DNA of 64,000 bases, from the NCBI GenBank assembly GCA_035652535.1, contig DASRDP010000082.1:52384-116383 (forward strand). Reading direction: 5' to 3'. How positions within the stretch are numbered: position 1 is the first letter of the stretch; the number at the start of each line of letters is the position of its first letter. Under the pieces are notes generated by a model. That model was not told the DNA's origin, did not search any database, and was given only the letters and a program-made list of their open reading frames with translations. The position numbers and the translations under genes were made by a program. Shown piece by piece: positions 9,363-18,939 of the stretch. Source of the stretch: Chloroflexota bacterium. Its GTDB lineage: Bacteria > Chloroflexota > UBA6077 > SHYK01.

Positions 9363-10040
9363 TCAGCGCGGCTCTCGCAAGACGTAGCCGGCTCCGCGCA
9401 CCGTTTGCAGCAGCCGTTGCTCGCCCTGCCCCTCGAGCTTCGCGCGCAGGTAGCCGACGTAGACGTCGACCACGTTGGTGGGGCGATCGAACTCGGGTCC
9501 CCACACCGCCTGAAGAATGGCCTCGCGCGAGACCACGCGGCGGGGATGGCTCATGAAATAGTGAAGCAGCTCGAACTCGGTCGTCGAAAGGACGATCTCG
9601 CGATCCCCCCGTCGCGCGGTGCGCGAGCTCAGGTCCAGCACGACGTCGGCGAACCGCAACGTCTCCCCGACCGCCACGTCGTGCCGACGAAGCAGCGCAC
9701 GAATGCGCGCCAACAGCTCTTCCAGGGCGAACGGCTTGACCAGGTAGTCGTCCGCGCCGCTGTCGAGACCCCGGACGCGATCAGCCACTTCGTCTTTCGC
9801 CGTCAGGAGGAGCACCGGCGTGTCGCCGCTGCTCCGGAGCTCACGGCAGACCTCGAGCCCATCCATGCCGGGCATGAGAATGTCGAGAACCACGAGGTCC
9901 GGACGACGAGCGCGCGCTTCTTCGAGCCCGGAGGCGCCGGAGCTCGCGGTCTGGACGGCGTATCCTTCGAGGCTGAGAGCCCGCTTCAGAAGCTGGGTGA
10001 TCTTGGGATCGTCGTCGACCACCAGGATATTTGCAGTCAT
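9363..10040 (-). CDS. OmpR-family response regulator
   Basis: 'ILVVDDDPKI...LVVLDILMPGMDGLEV' receiver domain plus winged-helix C-terminus 'YVLREP'. Start set at 'MTANILVVDD'. Confidence 0.85.
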   Translation of the reverse strand: MTANILVVDDDPKITQLLKRALSLEGYAVQTASSGASGLEEARARRPDLVVLDILMPGMDGLEVCRELRSSGDTPVLLLTAKDEVADRVRGLDSGADDYLVKPFALEELLARIRALLRRHDVAVGETLRFADVVLDLSSRTARRGDREIVLSTTEFELLHYFMSHPRRVVSREAILQAVWGPEFDRPTNVVDVYVGYLRAKLEGQGEQRLLQTVRGAGYVLREPR

Positions 10041-10066
10041 TTCACCTCGAAGTATACTTGGTCTCG

Positions 10067-10810
10067 ATGAGCATCTTTGCGAGCTATTTCTGGCTTTGGT
10101 CAATCGTAGGTCTGCTCTGTCTGCTTTTCGTGTCCACGTTGGGCGCAGTTATGAACTTTTTCGGGTTCGTAACGCCGCTTAAGCGCATTGGGCGCTGGGT
10201 TGATGACGCGCCGGCGCTTGTGAAGCTCGCGGTGATCGCGGGGATATTCGGCGTACTCGCCTATCCCTCTGTCGTGCATCGACTGTGGGCGGACGCTACG
10301 GCGGTCGAGACCCGGCACCGGTTTTCCGCACTCCCGGAGTATCCCGACGCGGTCGCTGGGCCGCCCACGGAACAGATGAACGGCCTGTACGATCCAACCG
10401 GAACGGACGGCACCTACATCCTCGGCTGGTACGGGACCGAGCAGTCCTTCGACCAGGTCGAAGCCTTCTACGTGAGCCAGCTCACCCAGCAGGGCTGGAC
10501 CGAGTTCCAACAGTCGGTGACGGGGCGGCGCGTCGCGTCGACAAGGCGCGTGCAATTTCGCGACCAACCGGAGCCGGCCCGCGCCCACTACGAGCTGCTC
10601 GTGACCCAGGTGCCGCCGAATAGCCGCGAAGCGCCGGCATCGCTGGCGGGCAAGCCCACGCTCTTCGCCGTTCGTCTCGGCGTGGTCGATCCACGGGCAA
10701 CGACCCAGGTATCGTGGTTCATCGACTGCCTGGTGCAGCGTGCGCCGACGTTCCCGAGCTGCGAGGCGATGGGCTGGAATCCCATCGAGAAGTTCATCAG
10801 CCCCGAATAG
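10067..10810 (+). CDS. hypothetical membrane-anchored protein
   Basis: N-terminal hydrophobic helices followed by a soluble domain. The first ATG overlaps the RR start, so a downstream ATG was chosen. Confidence 0.5.
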   Translation: MSIFASYFWLWSIVGLLCLLFVSTLGAVMNFFGFVTPLKRIGRWVDDAPALVKLAVIAGIFGVLAYPSVVHRLWADATAVETRHRFSALPEYPDAVAGPPTEQMNGLYDPTGTDGTYILGWYGTEQSFDQVEAFYVSQLTQQGWTEFQQSVTGRRVASTRRVQFRDQPEPARAHYELLVTQVPPNSREAPASLAGKPTLFAVRLGVVDPRATTQVSWFIDCLVQRAPTFPSCEAMGWNPIEKFISPE

Positions 10811-10817
10811 GGCCTGA

Positions 10818-11234
10818 TCAGCCGTCGACGGTGATCGGCTCTTCGGAGATGGAGCCCGCATCGTCGATCCAAAATGCGCGCAGGACGGGGCGGTCCGGCT
10901 CCATGAGCGAGCAGATGAAGCACAGCGCGTCGGTACCCCACGTCGCGGTCCACATCGCGACGTCGGTGGGTGACGGATACGCCTGCGTATGTGTATGGGA
11001 GTGGTAGAAGCCGATCAGCTCCATCCCGGCGCTCTCGATGGCCCGAATGGATGAGAAGATGTCCCGCGAGTCCATCTCGAATCGGGTCCGCCGCATCTCC
11101 GCCACGTTGCGGGCACGGTGGACCGACTCCACGCGATTCGTGCGCCCCCCGAGCACGCCGCACACTTCCTCATCGGGCTGCTCCTGCGCATGCCGCGTGA
11201 TGGCGTCGATCTGGGCCTGGCTGAGCTGCACCAT
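10818..11234 (-). CDS. mec: JAMM/MPN+ metalloprotease Mec (CysO-cysteine peptidase)
   Basis: 'EEVCGVLGG' and 'HSHTHTQAYPSPTD' (HxHx7Sx2D) JAMM motifs. Start at 'MVQLSQAQIDAI', 8 nt after the cysM stop. Confidence 0.8.
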   Translation of the reverse strand: MVQLSQAQIDAITRHAQEQPDEEVCGVLGGRTNRVESVHRARNVAEMRRTRFEMDSRDIFSSIRAIESAGMELIGFYHSHTHTQAYPSPTDVAMWTATWGTDALCFICSLMEPDRPVLRAFWIDDAGSISEEPITVDG

Positions 11235-11242
11235 CCACGCCT

Positions 11243-12136
11243 CTACCAGAGGAGCTGCGTACTGAGGTCGACGCTGGCCTGCTCGACGTCCTTGGTCCAG
11301 ACCTGCGTGCTCAAATACTTCCATCCGCTATCGGCGAACAGCACGACCACGTCGCCGCGGTCGAGGCGCTGACCGACCCGGACGGCGCAGGAGAGCGCCG
11401 CGCCCGAGGAGATGCCGGCGAAAATACCCTCTCGCGCCACCAACTCCTTGGTGAATCGAATCCCGCTCTCACTGGAGACGACCATCTTTCGGTCCAGCAT
11501 CGCGAGGTCGAGAATCGGGGGAACGAAGCCCTCGTCGAGATTGCGGAGCCCCTGGACCAGGTCTCCCAGGTTCGGCTCCGCGGCGATCACCTGGATGCGC
11601 TCGTCGTGCTCCTTGAGGCGGCGCGACACGCCCATCAACGTGCCGCCGGTACCGAGGCCCGCCACGAACGCCGTCACGGTCGGAACGGCTTCGAGAATCT
11701 CCGGCGCGGTGGTGTCGTAGTGCGCCAGAGGGTTTGCCGGATTGCCGTACTGGTAAAGCATGACGTATTCGGGCTGGGCCGCCGCCATCCGCTGCGCGAC
11801 CTCGATGGCGCCGTTCGAGCCGCGCGATCCGTCGGTGAGCACCACTTCGGACCCAAACGCCTGAAGAATGTGACGTCGCTCCTCGCTCACGTTCTCGGGC
11901 ATCACCGCGATGAACCGATAGCCGAGGACGCGGCACACCATGGCGAGGGAGATGCCGGTGTTTCCACTGGTGGGCTCAATGAGGGTGGCGCCCGGCTGAA
12001 TCCGCCCCTGGCGCTCTGCCTCTTGCACCATCCGGAGGGCAATGCGGTCTTTCACGCTGCCCGTCGGGTTGTGCCCCTCGAGCTTCGCGAAGATCCGAAC
12101 GCCCTCCTTGGGCGAGAACCGCTTCAGCTCGACCAT
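11243..12136 (-). CDS. cysM: cysteine synthase B-type (PLP-dependent; O-phosphoserine/CysO-thiocarboxylate sulfhydrylase)
   Basis: '[20 protein letters not shown]' PLP-lysine motif and 'GLGTGGTLMG' loop. Confidence 0.9.
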   Translation of the reverse strand: MVELKRFSPKEGVRIFAKLEGHNPTGSVKDRIALRMVQEAERQGRIQPGATLIEPTSGNTGISLAMVCRVLGYRFIAVMPENVSEERRHILQAFGSEVVLTDGSRGSNGAIEVAQRMAAAQPEYVMLYQYGNPANPLAHYDTTAPEILEAVPTVTAFVAGLGTGGTLMGVSRRLKEHDERIQVIAAEPNLGDLVQGLRNLDEGFVPPILDLAMLDRKMVVSSESGIRFTKELVAREGIFAGISSGAALSCAVRVGQRLDRGDVVVLFADSGWKYLSTQVWTKDVEQASVDLSTQLLW

Positions 12137-12196
12137 CGGCGTCCGCCCGATGGTCTCGAGAATGGAGCCGCTGGGTTTCAGAATGATCGGAACCTC

Positions 12197-12475
12197 TCAG
12201 CAGCCGCCCGCGACGGCGGGAAGGATGGCCACCTGATCGCCATCGGCGACCGTCGTATCCAGCCGCTGGAGATAGCGAATGTCCTCGTCGTTGACGTAGA
12301 CGTTGACGAACTGGCGCATCTGGCCCGCTTCGTTGACCAGCTCGCCTTTGATGCCGGGGAACTGACGATCGAGATCGTCGATCACCGCCGCGACGGTCGA
12401 TCCTTGGGACTGCACCACTCGCGCCCCGCCGGTGTGCTTTCGCAGAACCGTGGGAACACGCACTTCCACACTCAT
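12197..12475 (-). CDS. cysO: ThiS/MoaD-family sulfur carrier protein CysO, ending ...AGG-C
   Basis: 92 aa with high similarity to mycobacterial CysO ('VPTVLRKHTGG...FVNVYVNDEDIRYL...DGDQVAILPAVAGGC'). There is one extra Cys after the Gly-Gly. Confidence 0.8.
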   Translation of the reverse strand: MSVEVRVPTVLRKHTGGARVVQSQGSTVAAVIDDLDRQFPGIKGELVNEAGQMRQFVNVYVNDEDIRYLQRLDTTVADGDQVAILPAVAGGC

Positions 12476-12574
12476 TGGCTCGCTCTCCTCACTGCCGGTG
12501 GACTGGCCACCACGGTCGGCGACACGTTTGCATGGCGCTTTCTCGCCGGGCCGCGATTTGGGCGCCCTCCCGGC

Positions 12575-13420
12575 TCAGCTGAGCGCCGATGCCGCGGGGC
12601 CGCCGCAAAATGCCTCGTAATCGATCAGCTCGGTGATGGTTGGCTCGTCGCCGCACACCGGGCAGCTGGGATCGCGCCGGAGCTTCACCTGGCGAAACTC
12701 CATCTCCAGCGAATCGAAGATCAGCATGCGATTCACCAGCGGCTCTCCCTGGCCCAGGATGAGCTTGATCGCCTCCAGCGCCTGGATCGACCCGACGATC
12801 CCCGGCAGAACGCCCAGGACGCCGGCGTCGGCGCAGCTCGGGACCGCGCCCGGTGGCGGAGGCTCCGGAAATACGCACCGATAGCAGCCGCGTCCGGGTA
12901 GGTAGGTCGTCGCCTGGCCTTCGAACCGAAAGATGCTGCCATCGACAAGGGGCTTCTTCAGAAAAACGCACGAGTCATTGACCAGGTACCGAGTCGGGAA
13001 GTTGTCCGAGCCATTGACCACGATGTCGAAGTCACCCATGATGCGAAAGGCATTGTCGGACGTGATGGGCTCGTTGAACGCCGCGATCTTGACATCAGGG
13101 TTGATCTCGCGCAGCGTGTCGGCGGCGGACTCGACCTTTGGCCGTCCCACATCGCTGTGGCCATGAAGCACCTGTCGATGGAGATTCGACAGGTCGACCG
13201 CGTCGAAATCGACGATGCCCAGCGTTCCAACCCCCGCGGCGCCCAGGTACAGCGCGGCTGGCGACCCGAGGCCACCAGCGCCGATCAGCAGGACGCTCGC
13301 CTCGAGCAGCTTGCGCTGGCCAACGCTCCCGACCTCCGGCATGATGATTTGCCGCTGGTAGCGGCGAATCTGGTCCAACGTCAGCGTTCGCGTCCCGGCT
13401 CCATGCAGCTCGACAGCCAT
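12575..13420 (-). CDS. ThiF/MoeB-family E1-like adenylyltransferase (no rhodanese domain)
   Basis: 'LLIGAGGLGSPAALYLGAAGVGTLGIVDFDAVDLSNLHRQ' Rossmann/ATP motif and CxxC...CxxC zinc motif. Only 281 aa. Confidence 0.85.
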   Translation of the reverse strand: MAVELHGAGTRTLTLDQIRRYQRQIIMPEVGSVGQRKLLEASVLLIGAGGLGSPAALYLGAAGVGTLGIVDFDAVDLSNLHRQVLHGHSDVGRPKVESAADTLREINPDVKIAAFNEPITSDNAFRIMGDFDIVVNGSDNFPTRYLVNDSCVFLKKPLVDGSIFRFEGQATTYLPGRGCYRCVFPEPPPPGAVPSCADAGVLGVLPGIVGSIQALEAIKLILGQGEPLVNRMLIFDSLEMEFRQVKLRRDPSCPVCGDEPTITELIDYEAFCGGPAASALS

Positions 13421-13463
13421 CTATTCTGTTCCTTCCTGGCCCAGCGCCAAGTCGCTGGGCCCC

Positions 13464-14489
13464 CTAAAAGTCGACGCTGAGGTACCGCTCGCCGGTGTCC
13501 GGCAGCACGGTCACGACCGTGTGGTTGGGCCCCAGGTCCTGCGCTTCTTGCACCGCCGCGTACACGTTGGCGCCGGCGGAGATTCCGACCAGCAGTCCCT
13601 CTTCTCGCGTCAGGCGGAGCGCCATGTTCATCGCGTCCTGGTCCGTAACGGTCACGATTCGGTCGATGACCGACCGGTCCAACACCCGCGGGATGAAGCT
13701 CGCACCGATGCCCTGAATTCCGTGGGGCCGCGCCCGGCCGCCGCTCAGAAGCGGCGACGACGCGGGCTCGACGGCCACGATCCGCGTCTCCGGCCGTGCC
13801 GCCTTCAGCACCTGGCCCACGCCGCTAATCGTCCCGCCCGTCCCTACGCCCGCCACGAAAGCGTCGATCGGGCCGTCGACGCTGTCCAGGATCTCCCGGG
13901 CGGTGGTGCGACGGTGAACCTCCGGATTCGCGGGATTTTCGAACTGGCGCGGCATGAAGTACTCCGAGTGCTTCCGGCACAGCTCCTCGGCTGCTCGCAC
14001 CGCCCCCGTCATCCCATCCAGGCGAGGAGTCAGGATGAGCTCTGCCCCGTAGCGCATCAGCAATTTTCGGCGCTCTGTGCTCATGTCGTCGGGCATCGTG
14101 AGGATCAGATGGTAGCCCTTCGCCGCCGCCACCATGGCGAGGCCGATCCCGGTGTTGCCACTGGTGGACTCGACGATTGTCGCGCCCGGCTTGAGCTGTC
14201 CCGAATGCTCCGCGTCCTCCACCATCGACAACGCAATGCGATCCTTCACGCTTCCCGCCGGGTTCATCGACTCCAACTTGGCGTAGACCGTCGCGCACTC
14301 AGCCCCCGGGATGCGCCGAAGGCGGACCAACGGAGTGTTGCCGATCAGGTCGAGGACGCTGTCGGCAATGCGCGGCGTCCCGCCCGGTCGGTCCGCATCG
14401 CACCGGTCTGCGCCTTGCTCACCCAGCGGTCGACGCGCTTCCACCACCGTGGGACGCTCCCGCGGTTCCGTTTCGCCGCCCTTCGCCAC
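13464..14489 (-). CDS. cysK: cysteine synthase A (O-acetylserine sulfhydrylase)
   Basis: '[19 protein letters not shown]', '[12 protein letters not shown]' and '[12 protein letters not shown]'. N-terminus may start ~40 codons later. Confidence 0.85.
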   Translation of the reverse strand: MAKGGETEPRERPTVVEARRPLGEQGADRCDADRPGGTPRIADSVLDLIGNTPLVRLRRIPGAECATVYAKLESMNPAGSVKDRIALSMVEDAEHSGQLKPGATIVESTSGNTGIGLAMVAAAKGYHLILTMPDDMSTERRKLLMRYGAELILTPRLDGMTGAVRAAEELCRKHSEYFMPRQFENPANPEVHRRTTAREILDSVDGPIDAFVAGVGTGGTISGVGQVLKAARPETRIVAVEPASSPLLSGGRARPHGIQGIGASFIPRVLDRSVIDRIVTVTDQDAMNMALRLTREEGLLVGISAGANVYAAVQEAQDLGPNHTVVTVLPDTGERYLSVDF

Positions 14490-14512
14490 GTTCGCTCCTG
14501 CTCAATCAGCGG

Positions 14513-14956
14513 CTAAATGTAGTACATATTGCGCGACTCGCGCTCTGCCTGCCGTGCTGCCAGCGACTCGATGGTAATCCCGTGGACCAGCCGCTGGTAG
14601 CTCTCGGCCAGCTCGCACCAGACGTCCTGCAGCACGCACGCGCCGGTGACTGTGCAGGATCCCGTGTCGTCCATACAGGAGCTTGGCGTCGCGATCCCCT
14701 CCAGCACGTCCAGCACGTCCCCCAGCGACAACTCGGCCGGGTCCCTCGCCAGCTCATGCCCCCCTGACGGACCGCGAACGCTCCGAACGAGACCCGCCTT
14801 TCGCAAGGCGGCGAGGAGCTGCTCGAGGTACGACTCGGGGATGTGCTGACGCGCCGCGATTTCAGCGGTCTGGACCAACCCGCCCCCTTGATGCTGAGCG
14901 AGATCGATCATCGCGCGCGCGCCGTAATCGGCGCGCATGGAGATGCGCACAACCAC
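14513..14956 (-). CDS. Rrf2-family transcriptional regulator (CymR/IscR-like) with three Cys
   Basis: 'MRADYGARAMIDLA...LVQTAEIAARQHIPESYLEQLLAALRKAGLVRSVRG' wHTH. Cys triad 'SSCMDDTGSCTVTGAC'. Confidence 0.85.
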   Translation of the reverse strand: MVVRISMRADYGARAMIDLAQHQGGGLVQTAEIAARQHIPESYLEQLLAALRKAGLVRSVRGPSGGHELARDPAELSLGDVLDVLEGIATPSSCMDDTGSCTVTGACVLQDVWCELAESYQRLVHGITIESLAARQAERESRNMYYI

Positions 14957-15020
14957 CCCCGAGAAAGTTGACTATTTTACTCTGAATTATAGAAATCCTG
15001 CTCTCGCACCGTCAATCGGT
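14955..15020 (-). promoter_or_regulatory. sigma70-like promoter (TTGACG-N18-TATAAT on minus strand) inside an AT-rich island upstream of the Rrf2/cys operon
   Basis: The reverse complement of 15009-15014 is TTGACG and of 14985-14990 is TATAAT, 18 nt apart. The surrounding 40 bp is about 25% GC in an otherwise ~70% GC genome. Confidence 0.5.
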
Positions 15021-15039
15021 CCCCCTGAGAGCGGCTCCG

Positions 15040-16161
15040 TCACTGCGTCGCCTCCAGGTACTCCTTCAGCCGCTGGGCAACGTTCGGCGGGGAGTCCAGG
15101 ACCTGCGCCACGATCTTCTCGACCTGCTCCGGCGACTTCACCGACAGATCGATGTTGGACTGCTCAGCGTCCGCGATCAGCTCGGGGTCCTTCATCGTCT
15201 CGACGAAGGCCTGACGCAGCGCGGCGACCCGCTCCGGAGGAACGCCCGGCGGCGCAACGAGCGGCTTCGACATGGCGAGGGTGCTCGTTGCGGCTCGGAT
15301 CACCTGGCGCTGCTCGTCATTCTGGGCGAACTCTTCGGCGAGTGGCACGTTCGGCAGGTCTGGATGGCGCTCGGTCCCCTGCTGGACGAGGATCGTCGCG
15401 AAGGGTGGGCTCCCCTCGAACCAGTGGGGTCGACTCACTTTGACCGATTCCCACGGTGTGCAAATGCCCTGGACCTCGCCACTCTCGACGGCCAGGGAGA
15501 TGTCCGCGGTGCCGGGGTAGCCAGAAACCAGCTTGAAGTTGGCGTTCAGCGCCCCACGGAGCGCGGCGGGGAAATCGTGGATGTTCGACCCCGGCCCCGT
15601 CGTGCCGACGATAAGCTGCGACCCGCCCGGCTGCAGTAGCTGCTGAAAATTGGTGATACCGGAGTCCGTCCGGGCGATACAGAGATTCGTCTGCACCTGC
15701 GTGCTGCCGAGCCAGTTGAAATTGCGCGCGTCGAACTGCACGCCGTCCGCCTTGAGGAGCTGCCCCTGGAGCCCGGGCTCGGAGAACACGGCGATGACCG
15801 TCCCATCCTTCGGCGCCGCGCTATAGACATAATTGGCAGCCACCAGACCGCTCGCACCGGGCATGTTGTCGACCACGATCGTCGGGTTGCCCGGGATGTG
15901 AGAGCCCAGGTGGCGCGCAACGAGGCGGCCAAGGGTGTCGAATCCGCCACCAGCCGTGAACCCGACAATCAGGTGAACGGTCTTTCCCTGATAGAAGGCC
16001 GCCGCGGCCGTCGGGTTCGGAGTGACGTTCGCCGGGGCCGGCGAGGCCGCCGATCCGGTTGGGGCGGCGCGGTTCGCCGGTGTGCATGCGAGCAGGGCCA
16101 GCGCGACGACGGCCAGGGCGCCTGCGCGGTTGACGGACCATCGGACTCCGGATCGATTCAC
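15040..16161 (-). CDS. tripartite tricarboxylate transporter substrate-binding protein (TctC/Bug family) lipoprotein
   Basis: Signal/lipobox 'LALLAC'. 'VGFTAGGGFDTLGRLVA' and 'VDNMPGASG' Bug-family motifs. Confidence 0.85.
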   Translation of the reverse strand: MNRSGVRWSVNRAGALAVVALALLACTPANRAAPTGSAASPAPANVTPNPTAAAAFYQGKTVHLIVGFTAGGGFDTLGRLVARHLGSHIPGNPTIVVDNMPGASGLVAANYVYSAAPKDGTVIAVFSEPGLQGQLLKADGVQFDARNFNWLGSTQVQTNLCIARTDSGITNFQQLLQPGGSQLIVGTTGPGSNIHDFPAALRGALNANFKLVSGYPGTADISLAVESGEVQGICTPWESVKVSRPHWFEGSPPFATILVQQGTERHPDLPNVPLAEEFAQNDEQRQVIRAATSTLAMSKPLVAPPGVPPERVAALRQAFVETMKDPELIADAEQSNIDLSVKSPEQVEKIVAQVLDSPPNVAQRLKEYLEATQ

Positions 16162-16191
16162 CCATACCTCCCCTGTGACCCCGCCATCGGA

Positions 16192-17277
16192 TTAGCGGGG
16201 GTCGAGTCGATAGAAGGACACTGCGCTGTCGACGGCGATGCTGTGCTTCATCTCTTCCGTCAGGTCGGTCCGCTCCCAGAACTCGTCGATCTCGTGGATG
16301 ATGGAAGAATCCGGCTTCTCGTGTGGATAGTCGGAGGGAAAGAGGATACGCCCAGCGGGAAATCGCTGAACGACCAGCGGCAAGGACGCCTCATCGAGCT
16401 CGCAGGAGACGTAGACGTTTCCCCTGGCGATGTAGTCGCTCGGTGCGCGGCGCACGCCGCGGGCTTCAGCCTGCGCACGGTACGCCCCCTCCCACTCGTA
16501 GTCCAGGCGGTCCATCATATACAGCATCCACCCCGACCCCGCTTCGAGAAACGCGACGCGGAGATCGGGAAATCGCTCGAGCGCTCCATCCAGCACAAAG
16601 CTCGTGAGCTGAATGATCTGTGAGACGGGGTGGGAGAGCGCGTGGGTCTTGATCATATTGTCGAAATAATCAAATCCAAGTCCGCGGCTGGGCGCGCCGT
16701 GGACAGCGAGGGCGCACCCCAGCCGCTGCGCCTCGGCGTAGATGGGATCGAACCATTCGTCGCCCAGTGGCCGCCCCACGACGTGGACGGCGGGGAGGAG
16801 CCCTCCCGCGAGGCCAAGCTTGGTGACCGCTCGACGCAGCTCGTCCACAGCGGCTGGGATGTCCTGGACGGGTAGGAGCGCGAGGCTGTGGAAGCGCGGC
16901 GAGGCGCGCACGTACGTGTCGGAAATCCAGTCGTTGTAGGCCTTCGCCAGCACCGTGGCCCACTCGCGATTCTGCACCAATCCGATGGAGAGTCCGCCCG
17001 TGGGGTACAGCACGGTCTCATCCAGGTGGGCTCGATCGAGGAATTCGAGCCATCGCTCCGGGCTCGTCGCGATGGTCTTCCCGCGCCCACCCCCACGCGG
17101 AAATCCGTCGAGAGACGGGAACATCCCGTAGACAGCCGGACCGTCGTACGCCGGAGCGTAGTGACGGATGCGCTCCCTCAGCGCGTCGACGTCCTCATAG
17201 ATGTGCCCGTCGGCATCAATGGCGCGACCCGAGGCGTGCGGCATGGCGGCCCCCAGACGAAATGACTGAGAAAGCAT
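16192..17277 (-). CDS. amidohydrolase-2 family metal-dependent hydrolase (ACMSD-like TIM barrel)
   Basis: 'AIDADGHI' N-terminal metal-binding motif, internal 'HG' and C-terminal 'PSDYPHE'. Confidence 0.8.
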   Translation of the reverse strand: MLSQSFRLGAAMPHASGRAIDADGHIYEDVDALRERIRHYAPAYDGPAVYGMFPSLDGFPRGGGRGKTIATSPERWLEFLDRAHLDETVLYPTGGLSIGLVQNREWATVLAKAYNDWISDTYVRASPRFHSLALLPVQDIPAAVDELRRAVTKLGLAGGLLPAVHVVGRPLGDEWFDPIYAEAQRLGCALAVHGAPSRGLGFDYFDNMIKTHALSHPVSQIIQLTSFVLDGALERFPDLRVAFLEAGSGWMLYMMDRLDYEWEGAYRAQAEARGVRRAPSDYIARGNVYVSCELDEASLPLVVQRFPAGRILFPSDYPHEKPDSSIIHEIDEFWERTDLTEEMKHSIAVDSAVSFYRLDPR

Positions 17278-17714
17278 ACCGCGAAGGCACCTTCCCGTAT
17301 GGGCAGATGGCGGCCATCGACGGTTCGCGACAGTATCTGGTTCGCGGACGAAAATCGCCTCCGTCCCCCTCGTATCTGATCACACGGGCGTGGACGCCCG
17401 GGAGCTACTTCGATCGGCTCCGGTACTATCCGGGCGGGGACGGCACCTCGTTCGTCCAGGAGGACGGCGTGGCGCGCGCCCTGGCCGACGCCGGTGGCAA
17501 TGCGCTCCAGAACCAGTGGTTTGCCGTCTCTCCTGCCGCGGACAGTCTGCTGCGGCAGGTGATCGCTGGCTCAGAAGGGGCGGAACATGACCGGCCGCCC
17601 GATCCCAGGGCCACGAGTGCACTGCGCGGGGCAATTCTTGCCATCCCGGTCATTGCGGCGTCCGTTGCGGCCGTGACGAGGCGATCGCGAAGTCGCGTCT
17701 CCGCTGCGAGCTGA
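17262..17714 (+). CDS. hypothetical small protein (uncertain)
   Basis: 150-aa ORF in a 770-bp gap between the amidohydrolase and map. Composition is acceptable but no motif found. Confidence 0.25.
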   Translation: MTEKAYREGTFPYGQMAAIDGSRQYLVRGRKSPPSPSYLITRAWTPGSYFDRLRYYPGGDGTSFVQEDGVARALADAGGNALQNQWFAVSPAADSLLRQVIAGSEGAEHDRPPDPRATSALRGAILAIPVIAASVAAVTRRSRSRVSAAS

Positions 17715-18046
17715 CCGGCCTCTTCCCATCACCGGCGGCGCTGGCGCCGCGACCAGCAGTGCTCGGACACGTGGCTGGCGGAGCTCGATCCATTGCGCAC
17801 GCGTGGCCCGCGGTGCTTCGAAGCTCGCCAAATCCAAGAGATGAGGACGATCGTACGTCCTCCCGCCGGGTTCGGAGAATCGCTGGACCGGGGCTCAACG
17901 TCACCGCGTATGGCTCCGCTCTTTCGGAACCCACCCACGAGGCTGATGGCATCCACGCATGGGAATTGCACTAAAGCACACACCGCCCGATGACGCGCGA
18001 CGCATCCTACCGTCTGAACAGATTGTCGTCGGGCGCACGGACCTGG

Positions 18047-18844
18047 CTAGTTCAGGCCCCAGTCGGTGAGGACCTTGGGTCCGTTCTCGGTGATCGCGAC
18101 CGTGTGCTCGAAGTGCGCCGAGAGCGAGCCGTCGACCGTAACGGCCGTCCAGCCATCGGGCAGGAACTTGACCTGGGGTGAGCCCAGCGTGATTTGCGGC
18201 TCGATGCAAATGACCATACCCGGGCGAAGGAGCGGCCCGCGGCCGGGCGGGCCCCAGTGGGGCACTTGAGGCGGTTCGTGCATTGCTCGGCCGATTCCGT
18301 GGCCTACGAAGTCGCGCACCACGTTCATCCCGTGCGCTTCCGCGTGCTCCTGGATCGCGTGGGACACGTCCGAAAGGCGATTCCCCGGCCTGGCCTCGGC
18401 AATGCCGGCGTACAGCGCGTCGCGGCACACCTCGAGGAGGTGCTGCTTCTCCTCACTGATCGTTCCCATGGGAAGCGTGACGCAGGTATCGGCGAAATAC
18501 CCCTTGTGGCTGCACGCAACGTCCAGCGAGACGATATCGCCGTCCTTGAGTCGGCGCGGCCCGGGGATCCCGTGTACCACGACCTCATTAATGGATACGC
18601 AAATGTAGCCGGGGAAGCGATTTGAGGGGTCACCATACCCGTACGCGCCGGATTTCAGCTCGTACTCGCGGCACTTCTGCCCCGCGTACTCGTCGATCTG
18701 CTTCGCCGTCACGCCCGGCTTGGCGAAGGCGACGAGGTCCTTCATCAGAAGGCGGAGCCGCCGTCCGGACTCCTGCATCATCTGGATCTCGCGCGGAGAT
18801 TTGATCAGGATCGAGTTGTCACTGAGTGGCTTGAAACGAACCAT
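18047..18844 (-). CDS. map: type I methionine aminopeptidase
   Basis: 'VVHGIPGPRRLKDGDIVSLDVACSHKGYFADT' and 'FVGHGIGRAMHE' metal-ligand motifs. Confidence 0.9.
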   Translation of the reverse strand: MVRFKPLSDNSILIKSPREIQMMQESGRRLRLLMKDLVAFAKPGVTAKQIDEYAGQKCREYELKSGAYGYGDPSNRFPGYICVSINEVVVHGIPGPRRLKDGDIVSLDVACSHKGYFADTCVTLPMGTISEEKQHLLEVCRDALYAGIAEARPGNRLSDVSHAIQEHAEAHGMNVVRDFVGHGIGRAMHEPPQVPHWGPPGRGPLLRPGMVICIEPQITLGSPQVKFLPDGWTAVTVDGSLSAHFEHTVAITENGPKVLTDWGLN

Positions 18845-18939
18845 TACCGTTTTCCATAACGTTCCGTGTACGCACTATACCACGGTGTTCCGCTACCTCG
18901 CCGACGCTGGCGGGACCACCTGAGAGGAGAGCCGCGGCC

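Noticed and set aside
17715-18046. 330-bp non-coding gap searched for tRNA/ncRNA
   Set aside because: No GTTCGAATCC-like T-arm, no cloverleaf-compatible repeats, and no strong hairpins.
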